DNA from: the human T2T-CHM13v2.0 reference genome, Homo sapiens | DNA: 64,000 bases | Assembly: GCF_009914755.1 (NCBI RefSeq) | Contig: NC_060926.1 | Direction: 5' to 3' (one strand) | In this document: positions 27,591 through 40,125 of the stretch, piece by piece | How positions within the stretch are numbered: position 1 is the stretch's first letter | How the letters are laid out: every line of letters starts with the position of its first letter | Position numbers and translations under genes: made by a program | The notes under the pieces: model-generated | What the model was told of the DNA's origin: nothing | What the model saw: the letters and a program-made list of their open reading frames with translations, nothing else | Database searches by the model: none

Positions 27591-28199
27591 CCTGGGGTTG
27601 TGTATCTGCCAGTCATGCTTATCTAATTCTAAAATAATACTAATCATTGCTTTCTGTGTTTCATATTCTGTTTTCTATCTTCTTTTCAATTTAGTAATTA
27701 AATCTCACCAAGTTTCTCTAAAAGTTTTATTTTAGTATTTAAATTATGTCCATCACTCTTAAGAGGCACATTGGGCTTTTCTAGAACATGTAACATGTTA
27801 CAACTTTGTGGCAGCAGTTATTTATATAATGTGTCTGAAATTCAACATTTCATTTCATTTTATTTACTTATAAGTGACATTTGGCTGAATATCGATATCT
27901 GAACTATATGAATCCTTTATCAGTCTAATGGAGAAGTATTGATATCAAATATCCAGAGAAACAAGTCACTGATCATTGTATACATTTTTTCCATCTCTGC
28001 CTTTAATATCTGTAATATTATTTACTGCTATTTTGAGTCAAATCTAGTATTTGAATGTATTGTTATAGGTTACATTGGTATGTTATAGGTTACACTGGTA
28101 TGAAGACTTCTCTACTCGTGATTAATATAACAAAAAAACTTTTTTGAAAAGATGACCCCTCTTAGCTCACTTTCCTCTTGCATGTTAAATCGAACACTA

Positions 28200-29460
28200 A
28201 GCCCTCTCATTCCTAGCACCTAAATATCTCTCAGCATTCTCTACTTCTTTCCATCCCTTCTTAGTTTCCTCCTGCTGCTATAGAAAATTACTACAAGCTT
28301 AGTGCCTTAAAGCAATACATACTTATTCTTTCAAGTTCTGGAGGTCAGAGATCCAAAATGGGATTCACTAGACCAAAATCAAGGTATCAACATGGCTGCA
28401 TTTCTTCTGAAGTTTCTAAGGGAGAAATAATTTCCTTACCTTTTCCAGCTTCTAAAGGCTTCCTAAATTTCTCTGCTCATAGCCCTTTTTCTACATCCTC
28501 AAAGCAAGTAGTATGGCATCTTCAAATTTCTGACTCAAACTTCCTCCTCTGCCTCCCTTCTACTTTAAAGAGCCCTTGTGATTATGCCGGGCCTACTCAT
28601 ATAATCCAGAATAATGTTCTTCTTTTAAAGTCAGCTGATTATTTTAAAGTTCATCTGTAACTGCAATTGCCTTTGCCATGTAACATAATATATACACAGG
28701 TTCCAGGTATTAAGAGGTGGACATCTTTGAGGGGTTATCATTTGACCTACTGTATTACCTATAGTCATGGTTCTGGCCACTATCAGCCATGTATCGAATG
28801 TCTGCAGGACTCTCTTAACTGGTCACCATGCTTCCATTCTACTCCCCTCCGAATCTTTTCAGTACACTGCAGGCAGAATGATCTAACCATATATGCTTCT
28901 TAGCTCCAAACCTTTAGAATAAGGTTCAAATTATTTAATATGAATTTGAAGGTTATACATGATCTGAGGTTATTCAAATCCCCAGTTTCCTCTCTGATCA
29001 CTTCTTCTGCAATTGTGCCTTCAACTTTACCAGTATGTAATGACTTTCAGTTCCCTGAATGAATTACATTCTCTTGCCTTTTGCTCCCTGCTTCTTTGCT
29101 TGGAACATGCCCCCCACTTTTATGTCTTGGCTAACTCCTCCTTATCATTTAGATCTCAGCTTTGGTGGCATTTTTTTCAAACATCTTTTCCTAACCACTG
29201 CTGAACATACAATCATCCAGGAAACTTAGGCTTTTCTCATATATGATCCTTTAGAACTCTGCACTTTTTATATCAGAACACTTAACACACTCTAGTATAT
29301 TGTAAATACAATGTCTTCTTTACTTGCCTGTATTCCTGACTACATGGTAAATTCTACAAAGGCAGAGACTTTTCTCTCTTATTCAAGGTTGCATCTCCAC
29401 TCCTTATACCAGATCCTGGCATGCCATATGCACTAAGTAACTGTTTCTTGATTGCATGAT
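28200..29460 (+). mobile_element. L2 3' portion interrupted by MLT1
   Basis: CTCTTAACTGGTC..TGCTTCCA, CCTCCTTATCATTTAGATCTCAGC and terminal CCTGGCA..GCACT..TTGATTGCATGA. Confidence 0.75.
28258..28752 (-). mobile_element. MLT1 (B/C-like) MaLR solo LTR
   Basis: TTAGTTTCCT..GCTGCTATA..AGTTCTGGAGGTCAGA..ACAGGTTCCAGG..TGGACATCTTTG. Confidence 0.85.
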
Positions 29461-29480
29461 ATCCTTTAGGAAAAATAGAG

Positions 29481-29922
29481 TGTATTAGTCCATTCTTGAT
29501 ATCCACAATTATGATTTGAGAAGGCAGATTGTCTGAAGACAATGAATGTGCCTCAGTAGTCCCTGCTGCTATAAGGACATACCTGAGACTGGGTAGTTTA
29601 TAAAAGAAACTTTATAAACTTTATTAATTGAGTTACAGTTCAGCATGGCTGGACAGGCCTCAGGATATTTACAATCATGACATAAGGGATAGCAAACATG
29701 TTTCTTCACATGGTGGCAGGAAGGAGAAGTGCTTGGGCAAAGGGGAAAAAGCCCCTTATAAAACCATCAGATCTCATGAGAGCTCACTATCATGAGAACA
29801 GCATGGGGATAACGGCCTCCTAATTCAATTACCTCCCACCTGGTCCCTCCCATGACACCTTAGGCTTATGTGAACTACAATTCAAAATGAGATTTGGCTG
29901 AAGACACAACCAAGCCATATCA
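29481..29922 (-). mobile_element. THE1 (C-like) solo LTR containing a 71-bp templated insertion
   Basis: TGTATTAGTCCATTCT...CCATATCA; 5-bp TSD TAGAG at 29476-80 and 29923-27. Confidence 0.93.
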
Positions 29923-31469
29923 TAGAGTCAGCTCCACTTCACCCATCACCACTGCTACCAAACTGCAACTCATTGCACTTCCTCCAACCAAGGCCAATAT
30001 ATTTTAACTGTAGATTTTAAGATTTTACTTTGTTGACTGATGTTCAGCACTTATCCTTGAGATCCACAATTATGATTCAAGAAGGCAGATTGTCTGAAGA
30101 CAACTAATGTGCCTCAGTAGTCCCTGGTCAAAAAGGTGAGATAACAGCCAAGAGTATCATAGAAATATACTATGGCTGTGCTAAACTATATCTGCAAATA
30201 TGGTCCACATTTTGGGTCTGCAGATAACTCAGAGCAAAAGCTGAGCTCCATAGATGTGTACATGTCTGTGTATGCAGAAGGGAGTTTGGGAGGTGTTGAA
30301 TGGTGGGATAAGGAGGAAGAGGGGGAGAGTGTTCTAGAAGAAAACAGAATGAACTCAATCACAAATAAAATCTCTGCGATTAAGCCTCAGTGTGTCAGCA
30401 GTGGCTTTGTATAAAGAGAAATGACAGACTTCTCTCTTCTAATATTTTATTTAATTATTATTTTGTTGGACCTCCGGTAAACAGAATTAAATTAACACAA
30501 ACTCTCGGTTCATAACACATTATTTGTAAATAGCTAATGTCATTTCTAAAACAGGAAATAAAAAACATATTGCTAGGTATTCTGCTCATAATATGAAGGT
30601 AACATTTATCTTCCATGTTCCAGGCACTGAATTAGGACTGCAATGTACTCATGCAAGTCTTAGCATCCTTATTGATAAACCCCTGGATATAGAGAGCTTG
30701 TTCACTGTGATTTGACAACATGAGGCCTGAGAGTGTTTTTAATAATAACACAAATGTTAGTGTCGGAAACCCTGTGGGAAAATGTGGGTAACTTTTTTCA
30801 CAATTAAGCTTCAGATATAGTAGCCTTTCCTATGGATAGCTGGACTAGTAGAACATAAAACGAGCCCTTTAAATATTCACTGTTCATCTAAAAGACAAGT
30901 AGAGTGGGTACACTGGGCAATAATAGCCCATATGTAAAAGAGCTCAGTGATTCTAGGTGTCACATGAGGCTCTTTCTCTCTGACCATCTACCAGCGTGAT
31001 CCTCTATTCTACCCTCTTCCTACTCATAATGCTTATCATGAAGAAGAAAGCTGGCATTTGGAGCCTACAGTATCTGGTAGGGGAACCCCCTATGAAACAA
31101 GCTGCTCATGAAAGGCATTCCGTTAGCCAAGCAAGAAAAGCCCCAGAGACGAGTTTGGCCGGCATAGCACTAGCACTGACAGCTACCTGTAGGCATCATG
31201 AAGATCTGTGGTCTGGAAATTGACAATGGAGTGGACAGCAACCAAGTAGGAGGACAAAGCTCAAAAGATCAAAAGAAAAGTGACAGGAAAAGACAGCAAG
31301 GCAGAGAGATCTAATCATAAGGCATGGACAGCAGCTGGGAGTGTGTGAACTAGATTAACCTCCTTCCCCTTTTTTTTCAACCTCAGCTCCCACACATACA
31401 AACACAATGAGCCAGAGCCTTTCTCAGAATAATCAGGAAGGGGGTGACAATAAATATCATGATAACCAA

Positions 31470-31640
31470 TTACATCTGCTGAATACTTCAATCATATTCT
31501 CTCATTAGCTCCTTACAATAACCACGCGAGGTTGATACTACTACTATGCCACTTATTTTTTTGATGAGACAAAATAATGCTTAGCTAAGTTAAGAAACTG
31601 ACTATGGGATAAAGACTATCACAAAGTAGAGGCTCAGGGC
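31470..31640 (-). mobile_element. MIR
   Basis: CTCATT..CCTTACAATAACC..GAGGT..TACTA..GATGAGA..AAGTTAAG. Confidence 0.6.
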
Positions 31641-33566
31641 AGTGAGAATGAGGGGCTTGCTCTAACTATTCTTCTTTCTCTTTATTTCATATTTACATAC
31701 TGGCAATGAAAAAGGGAATAATCAGGGTCCTTTCACTGTATGTTCCATGAGTCAGTCCAATTACTTTATATGTCTATATCTATAAATATATGGAAAATAT
31801 ATATATGTGAGAGAGAAGAGAAGAGAAAATGGAAAAGAAATTGTCATTATGATCTTTAGTGGCAGGGAGAGGCTGAACTTGAGACTATTTGTTTCTTTGA
31901 CATTCTCGCCATCCAAACTTTAGGGTTAGAAAAATATACTACAGACATTAACAGATATCCATGCCTGGGGAAAAAATATTTGGTGACAATTTCCCGTAGA
32001 ACCTTGAGCCATAGTTGCTACATGCAAGTGATTTATCAGGTTCAGCCGTAAATCACTCCTGTTCAGCAGAAACTTCCTGGTCAGGTTGCAGTTAATGAGT
32101 GGTCCTGTGGGAGCCCACCTTCTCACTGTACCCTCTGACTCTTTGGTCACAAAGTCAGTACCTGCACCCAGTGTCAGTCCTCCAGTGGAGAGTATCATTG
32201 TCTTTGCCTGTAAAGAAGGAGCTGGTTCCCCCACCACCCAGAACCCTGCAGTTACCACACAAATGTAAAAAAGTGACCTCAAGATCTTAAGGCTAGCCTG
32301 ATTTCTCAGTGTGCCTTTCACATTTCCAAAAGTAGCCACAGGGCCAGCTCACTCACCCCTTGAAGCTGACTGAAGTTTCCTTCTTTGGAGCTGCCTGGGT
32401 TTTGCCTTTGAAGTTTAAACCTGGGAGCAGTTATCTGCCAGCACAGATAAGCATTCCCAGAGCTTTTGCAGGCAGCCCATCCTAACAAAGGAGGGATAAG
32501 ACCTCTGAGTGTGCTTTGCCATCTACCGACTTTCAGGGGAATAGAGAGTAATCAGGGTTCCTTCCACAGGGTGCTCCAAGAGTGAATCAAATTAAAGAAA
32601 AGTCAAAGAGAAAAGATAAAATAGCTTCAAAAGAGGACCCACAGCTGTAGACTTACTTGTCAATCAGCAGGGGCCACAAGCCAATCAGAAGTGAAGTTAA
32701 AAATTGTTTGAAAGAAAAAGCATTTGAATCCGTTGCATTCCACCAGCGTAGCAAAAAGAAGAAAAAGTTGGTCAATTGGCACAAGGTGCAGAGAAAGCTG
32801 ATAATCAGTACCTCTAAGTATGTCAATATACATTACACATGTCTATCTGAATAGGCAGGAATTTTCAGTGTTCACCCGTGATTTGGGTACCCTCATAGGC
32901 TACTGTCCTTAATCCCACAAAGCTAGTATAACCAAAATAATCAACAAAACTATTAAACAATAAAGTATGTCAGCTTATTTGGTAGGCAGATCTAATTTAG
33001 TAATTGGTGTGATTGTTTTCCCCCTCACTGATGTAGCAGTGTGCCTGACCGTCTTAAAAAGGTAATTCAATCTTCACGTTCTTAACTATAAGGAGTTGTT
33101 TATTTCAAAAAACAACACCCAAAGAAGAATATACCAGACAGTACCACCCAGTCTTCTGTTCAGGAAAGATCAGGCTCATTTAAGCAGTGGAGCTGGGTAA
33201 CCTGTGAGCAGGAAGGAAATGAAGTCTTGGAGAAGCCAGGAGTAGCAAGACCAGACAAAAATGGTTAGCTTGCTAAAATATCAAGATGATGGCATTTGAG
33301 AAGGTTCTGTGTTAGAAAACCATAACATACTGGTGTGCAGCATCACTGGTAAGGGAATGATAACAAGAAGGATGCTTTTGGAACACATGTTGAAGCTTTG
33401 ACAAGATTTCCAAGGGGTTCATGACAGGTCTGCAGTCAGTGGGGTGCACTGCTCTCTGGAGAATCTCTGTACCATCTTGAAATAGCACAACCTGCCCTAA
33501 GGAGTAACAGTGAAGATGGTAACAGTCAAGGATCAAATCTGGACCCATCTCCATTTTTTCTGGCAT

Positions 33567-34065
33567 TATGGTAGGCAGTATAATTGCTTTCCATAGATGC
33601 CACATCCTAATCCCCAGAATCTATGAATATGTCACCTTACATGGCAAGAGGGACTTTGCAGCTATGATTGATTAAGGATTTTAAAATGGGGCAATTATCC
33701 TGGATTTTCTAGGTGGGCCCAACATAATCACAAATGTTGTTATAAGAGGGAGAAAGGAGCATCAGAGTCAGAGAAGGTGATGTGATAACAGAAACTGGCA
33801 TCAGAGAGAGACATTTAAAGATGCTACACTGCATCTTTAAATGCAGAGAGACATTTAAAGATGGAAGGAGTCAAAAGCCAAGGAATACAGTTGGCCTTTC
33901 GAAACTACAGAGGGCAAACAAATGGGTTCTCCTAGAGACTCCAGGAGGAACACAGCCCTGCCAACTCATTTTGGAATTCTGAACTCCAGAAGCATAAAAG
34001 AATAAATATGTGTTAAGCCACTAAGTTGGTGGTTATTCATCACAGCAGCAATATAAATGAATATA
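33567..34065 (+). mobile_element. MLT1D MaLR solo LTR
   Basis: GGTAGGCAG..ATCCTAATCCCCAGAA..TGAATATGTCACCTTACATGGCAA..GGACTTTGCAG...TAAGCCACTAAG..ACAGCAGCAATA. Confidence 0.9.
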
Positions 34066-34467
34066 GCCATCTTTTAAAATCAATATTCTTGCCTAATCTA
34101 TGACACTATGGAAAACTTTGCAGCTTTTAGAAGTGACAGACTATACATAAACAGAGAGCCATGGGTAGATCTTATATAAACAAGCTGAATGAATATAATA
34201 AGAAAAGAAACAGCCTATAGCTCAATATATATTACAAAACAGTACCACATATTTTTAAAATGTGCATACCTAACACACCAATGGAGTTGATGTTGATGAA
34301 GGGACAGAAACGGGAACAGGGAGGGAAGGGGTGTAAAAATGAATCAATAAAACAATTAATCAATAAAGTATGATTATCTCTACTTTCTGTGCCTCAGTTT
34401 CAAACATTTTCAAAAATAGTTTGCCCATTTAGATTTTAAAATGGGAATTCAAACTTTATCTTTGTAG

Positions 34468-34469
<2 letters not shown>

Positions 34470-34516
<47 letters not shown>

Positions 34517-34540
34517 TGCATGCATATCTATCTATCTATC
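34470..34540. repeat. (CA)21 microsatellite followed by GCAT/TATC units
   Basis: Read directly from the sequence. Confidence 0.97.
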
Positions 34541-35301
34541 TAAAGAATCTAGGAGAAATTGTGACTTATTCTGATAACCAAGGTATCCATGAAAAATTAC
34601 CACATTTTATGGCTAAGCAGAGTTAATGAAAATTTAGTTTACCATAACGGAAATGTTGCTTGTGAATTATTCTTTACTAGGCATTTTTAAGATCCTCGCT
34701 GTTGAGATGATTACTTTATGTTCTACTCTCTCACATCCTCTGATTTTCCTTCCACAAATGTAATGCATCACTGATCATTTTGTAAAAGTACAATGGCTCA
34801 ATAAGAGAAATTGCTCCTTAGTCTCAATGTAATTTAGACATTTTTAAAAGACTTTTATTTTAAGAAGGAAGTCAGATTGATATTTGCATTCCAGCAATTT
34901 CTGAGTCACAAATTAGCCTGATGGCAATTAGTGGGTATCTCCTGCATTTTCTTCCAGGTAAGACCTGTAATGCATGCTTTTAGCAAAAAATAAAGAAGAG
35001 AGAGAAGGAGAGATGAAGTTAAGAGAGACAGAGGGATCTCAAATCAAAAGTATTTTTAAATATCACAACAATAATCAGAAAAATATTTTACAGACCATAT
35101 CAGCATTGTAGTGCTGCATATAAAACTGAAGGAAACTTTGATTTACTTAGGAAAGAAATGAATCTTCTAGATCTTGAAAATCTTTTTTAAAGTAATAATT
35201 ATATTTTTAGGGGAGCGGTGAGCCAAGTGAGACTCTGGACATCTGATTGAATGAAATTAATTTGCTATTTATCTGTGTGTAATTCAAATGAAAACAGTCT
35301 T

Positions 35302-35380
35302 TGTGTGTGTGTGTGTGTGTGCGTGCATGCGTGTGTGTGTGTGTGTGTGCATGCATGCGTGTGTGTGTGTGTCTGTGTGT
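35302..35380. repeat. Compound (TG)n microsatellite with GCATGC interruptions
   Basis: Read directly from the sequence. Confidence 0.97.
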
Positions 35381-37721
35381 ATCTGTGGGTATCTGTAAAG
35401 AAAGGGTATCTGTAAAGAAAATAGCATTAGATTTTGTAAAGAAAAATCAGTTTTATCCACACATTACATAATAGTTGTGGATGGTACAAAAGAAATTTTG
35501 AAAATATTTTTCCTAATTTTAAGAGAAAATATACGATTTCCCTGAAAAATATGTATAATTTGCAAATTCCTTGGCAGTAATTTGAAAACTTTAAATACAG
35601 CATGGATCTTTGTGATGAACTAGCTGCTCAAGGAGTGAAAACAGTGATGTTAATAGTTATTGTCTCTTTATTCTTTCCTCTCTTATAGATGAAATAATGC
35701 TCTTCCACCCCAAAGACGTATTCCACCTTAGAAAGACTTTAAAAGTATAGAGAAAATAAGATTTTTTCTGTCTTAGGAAGTGATTCCTGAGGCTGAATAA
35801 ATAAATAACTTCAAGTAGAATAAAAGAAATATAGCTTGTTTTTATTCCAAGAAGATTCTAAGCAACTAAAACATACAGTTCTATAACCTTGATCGACGTT
35901 GTAAATAGGTAAATCCTGAAAGAGCAATGGGTATATTATATTCAAGATTGAGGGCTTTTTATTCCTCAGTGGACTCATGGTAATTCTTTCCAACTTTTCA
36001 CAGACTTTCAGAAAAGTAAATTAATTTCCCAATATAGGCTGTTTTTGTTCTCTGGTGAAGATAATGCTCCTCAAAGAAAATGAATCAAATTACCCATCAA
36101 CTATGAAAAATATTCATGAAAACATCCTGACAAAAAAAGAGAAGGGTTGCTAATACTACCAGTCACTTCCCTGCCCAGAGAAGTGACCTCAAGTGTGCTT
36201 AAGAACTAACTAAAAAAGAAATCCTTTTGAAATGTTATTATTATTTTTAAAACTAGATAATGGGCTGCTTTTTTCTCTTTGTTTGAGCCAGCATTCCAGT
36301 TGGGTATGCTTTCCTGCTATACAGATTATATTTCTTCACAGTCAAAATTCAACCTCAACAGTACCTAGCGTCTTTCAATGGAGATCGACACACGAGAGGG
36401 TATACAAGCCTCCTTTATTTTCCAGAATGTAACCAAATGACCTTAATAGTTCACCTGGATCTGTGTTTCTTTTGCATTTGGGGCCCTTACCTTATTAGTG
36501 ATAATAAACTATTATATTTCAATTCAAATAGATATATCCTAAGTAATGCCCAATGAGTTTAAAGAAAAATGTCAGAAAATTATAGTGCGCGTTTTAGTCA
36601 AAATGATGTACAAATTAGCTTTAATGATTTTTTTTTCAAGTAGTTATGGTGTCTTGGTAAGATAACTGATTTTAACAATGTGTGTGATTTGAATGATAAA
36701 ACTGTTTCACTGGTTTAGAACTTATGTTGTCCGCATCTGTTGGTAGATCAGAACCCAGAACCGGGGGATGTTTAGGGTCCACTACATGAACAATATCTCT
36801 TGGTTTGCCATTCACTTTGATTAACTGAATTCAAAAGATAATAAATGTAAGAAAATAAAACATTATCTTATAAAACATAAAACCTTGTACAATCACTACA
36901 TGGGAAAAATACTTTATGCAGTAGTCAAGGAGCATCTTCATTTTTCTCTCTGCCTGTCTCTTTAAACCTACTGTGTTGGTTGTGCTTCCCCTGACTTTGG
37001 ATGACTACTCCAAGAAGCCATTTGACTTTTCAAGTTTTATGCAATAAAAATTCAAGTCATACAATGTAATCTCACTTAGTAAATAATTTTCCAATAAACT
37101 TCATTTTTGTTTTAAAGTTTAAGTCTCTCTCCCTTCCTCAGTTTGTGTCCTTTGCAGTCTGATAACTGCTTCTCTGTCCTGTCTGTATTTTTGCCATGGA
37201 GACACACAGAATAAACCTATAGTCACACTCCTGACCTTTACATATTCAAAGACCATGCCATTTCACTTTGTGCCTCCTATTTTTTATATTAAAAATTATA
37301 CGTAGTCACAAATTCTTTCCCACAATCAGGATTGCCAGACCTTTCAAAGTCTGAACACCCTTGTATTCATTTGTTCCAGGTGCTATTGATCTTTTTAAAA
37401 ACTTGTACAGAATGTAAGATAATTACCCTAGATGAGGATGTATCCAGAGCATCCTCTCCAGTATCTGTTAACTTGATGCTATTCACCCAAATCCTTGGGC
37501 CTCCTTGTTGGTTTCTGTGAACATTCTGAAGATTCCATTCTGTATTTAGTCTCGAAGACAAAGTTGTCAGATATTTGTATTAACTCTTTGGTATTATCCA
37601 TTACTTATGTCTCTTTTTTATCTGTTATAATAACACAATAGCCATGTATAGACTTACCTGATGACAATACCTTGCCTTATAATCATACATTTTAATAACA
37701 TTATAAGATAAAGTTTACTCA

Positions 37722-38095
37722 GTATGTGCAGCCATAAAAAAACAGCAAAGTCATGTCCTTTGCAGCAACATGGGTGCAGCTAGAGGATATTACCCAAGTG
37801 AATTAACTCAGGAACAGAAAACTAAAAACCACACATTCTCATGTACAAATGGGAGCTAAACATTGGGTACTCATGGACATAAAGATGGCAACAATAGACA
37901 CTGGGCACTATGAGGGAGGGGGAAGGTGGGAGGGTGGAAAGGGTTGAAAAACTAACTGTTGGGTACTATACTCACTATATTGGTGATGGGATCATTTGTG
38001 TCCCAAACCTCAACAAGGTGCAATATACCCATGTAACAATTCTGCACGTGCACCCGTGGTTCTAAAATAAATGTTGAAATTATTTTTTAAAATTT
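37722..38095 (+). mobile_element. L1 3' end (L1PA16-like)
   Basis: CAGCCATAAAAA..TCATGTCCTTTGCAGCAACATGG..GGACATAAAGATGGCAACAATAGACACTGGG..GGGTTGAAAAACTAACTGTTGGGTACTAT. Confidence 0.9.
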
Positions 38096-38719
38096 AAATA
38101 AGTAGAAAAAAACATTGAAAAATAGATTCAATGTGGTGAGAATAAAGGAGGGAAGTGATAATGAGAAGACAGAGGCAGATAGAAGATACCTAAGTTTCTT
38201 CTTACCACCTCTGCATAGCACTAAACTTTCTCATTTTCTCCTTATCTCCCTGCTCATTAATACCTTTCTCCATCAGCTTCAATGACTGAAGACTGCCACC
38301 TGCAAGCTTAGCTTTGTCCAGTTCTTAGTAAGCCTGCTGTCAGCCTCAAGACAGCCAGTGGGAGGGACCTAGAATTGATCAAACTGTCAACTGTTGTGAG
38401 CTCTGAACTCCCTACTTTTCACTGAATTTCAGTGGGAATTATTATTTTTTTTTCCAGTTTGGGTGACCATATCTCAGGTGTAGGTTACTGATTTCACTCC
38501 AGTTCCCTGCTAAGCTTGAAACCTAGCCCTGGCATTTACTCTTAGTCTGCTAGATTGCGTTCTAAAAATTTTCTAGCTTTTACCAATTTTCTCTTTACTA
38601 CTGAAACAAGATCCCACTTTGTACTCTTCAGTGTTGGCTAAGACGTAGGTCCAAACCAGTTGTATTATCGAGGACTGTTAAGAAACTCTTTCCCTAATCA
38701 TAACTCTTGCCAATTTTAT

Positions 38720-39140
38720 CAGTATAGTATCTTAATACAACCCCTTTTATTTACTTCACAATTCTGGAGTTGAACAATTTAGGCTGGGCTCAGCTAGGAA
38801 AATGTTTAGTTCTTAGCTGGTCACACATCTGCAATCAACTGCAGTCTAGTTTCTAGGGTGACTGTACCTAAATTCTTCTTCAGCAGGTTGACCTGGGCTT
38901 GTTCTAATGGAGAAAGGAGAAGTTCAAGAGAGAGAAAATTCAAGGCCTTTTGAGGGCTAGACTCAGTACTGACACACTATCACTTGCACCACATTCTTTG
39001 TAGCAAAACAAGTCAAAAAGCTAGCCCAGGCCAAAAATAGGGAGATAGATGCTACCTTTTCATGGGAGGAACTACAAAGCTACATTGAAAATTGCGCAGG
39101 GTTGAAAAATTGGGCAAGTTTTATAGTGATGTACTATATG
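38720..39140 (-). mobile_element. Old MLT1 (H/J/K-like) LTR
   Basis: TCACAATTCTG..AATTTAGGCTGGGCTCAGCT..CAAGGCCTTTTGAGG..CAAGTCA..AGCCCAG. Confidence 0.7.
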
Positions 39141-39924
39141 CTACTCAGAAACATTACTGTATTCCTATCCATCCCTATCATCATGGATTGCTTTGGATAA
39201 TAGTACTAATGTGATGCCACTTAATTTCACTGTACACTTTTGGAATCCATATTTGGACTTGTTAATTCTACTTCTCAGGAGAATGAATGGGGAAAAGCAG
39301 TACCATCGCTGATATATCTGGTTGCTATACACCTAATCTCACTCACTCCTGGTTTTATTATTTTTTTCCAGTTTACTTTTCTTTGCACAGTGCTGCTGGT
39401 TCACTGTCAACCAATAATTAGACATGTTTATATTAATATTTGGAGGGTTTTTTTCTTCCTTTGGAGCACCACCTTAGGGAAATTGGATCCAAAGTGCTTA
39501 TAAAAACCTGAGTCAGTCAAGACAGCTATTTACCAGAATTTAACACCCTAAGTAATTAGAATTACAGTCCTATGGCCCATCTGAAGCATTCTGACATTCT
39601 GTTTCCCCTACACGAGTATCATTTCTGAACTTTAATATTCAGACATGACAGCTTCCAAATAAAGTTCAAGTTGAAGAATCAAATAGTGGTTTCCTATCTT
39701 TGGAATAGATAGAAAAACTGAATTTCCCTAAGAACATAGAATAAAATTCACCATCTAAGCAAACAAAAAGCTGTTTTATGTATCTAATATTAATTGGTAT
39801 GCCATCAAGAACCTAAGTGACCACGGACTTAATGAGTAATCTAACACTCATGAACAAATCTAAAGATTAAAATAAATTAGAATGAATTAATTCAAAATGT
39901 TAATAATTTCTATAACACAGTGTA

Positions 39925-40125
39925 TTAATAGCTAGCATTTTAGCATTACTTTGAGCATTTATGTAATTTTTCTCATTCAATCTTCACAACCTCATTAGTA
40001 GGTGTTATTATAAACAATTAATAGATGAGGAAGCTGGGTTTCCAATAGCAAGAAGTTTGCTCAAGAGTTACACAGCTAATCAGTGGTTGAGCTTATTTGA
40101 ACTCCAGTCTACTTACCTCTTAACA
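39925..40125 (-). mobile_element. MIR
   Basis: CTCATTCAATCTTCACAAC..AGATGAGGAAGCTG..TTGCTCAAGAGTTACACAGCTAATCAGTGG..TTTGAACTC. Confidence 0.8.
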
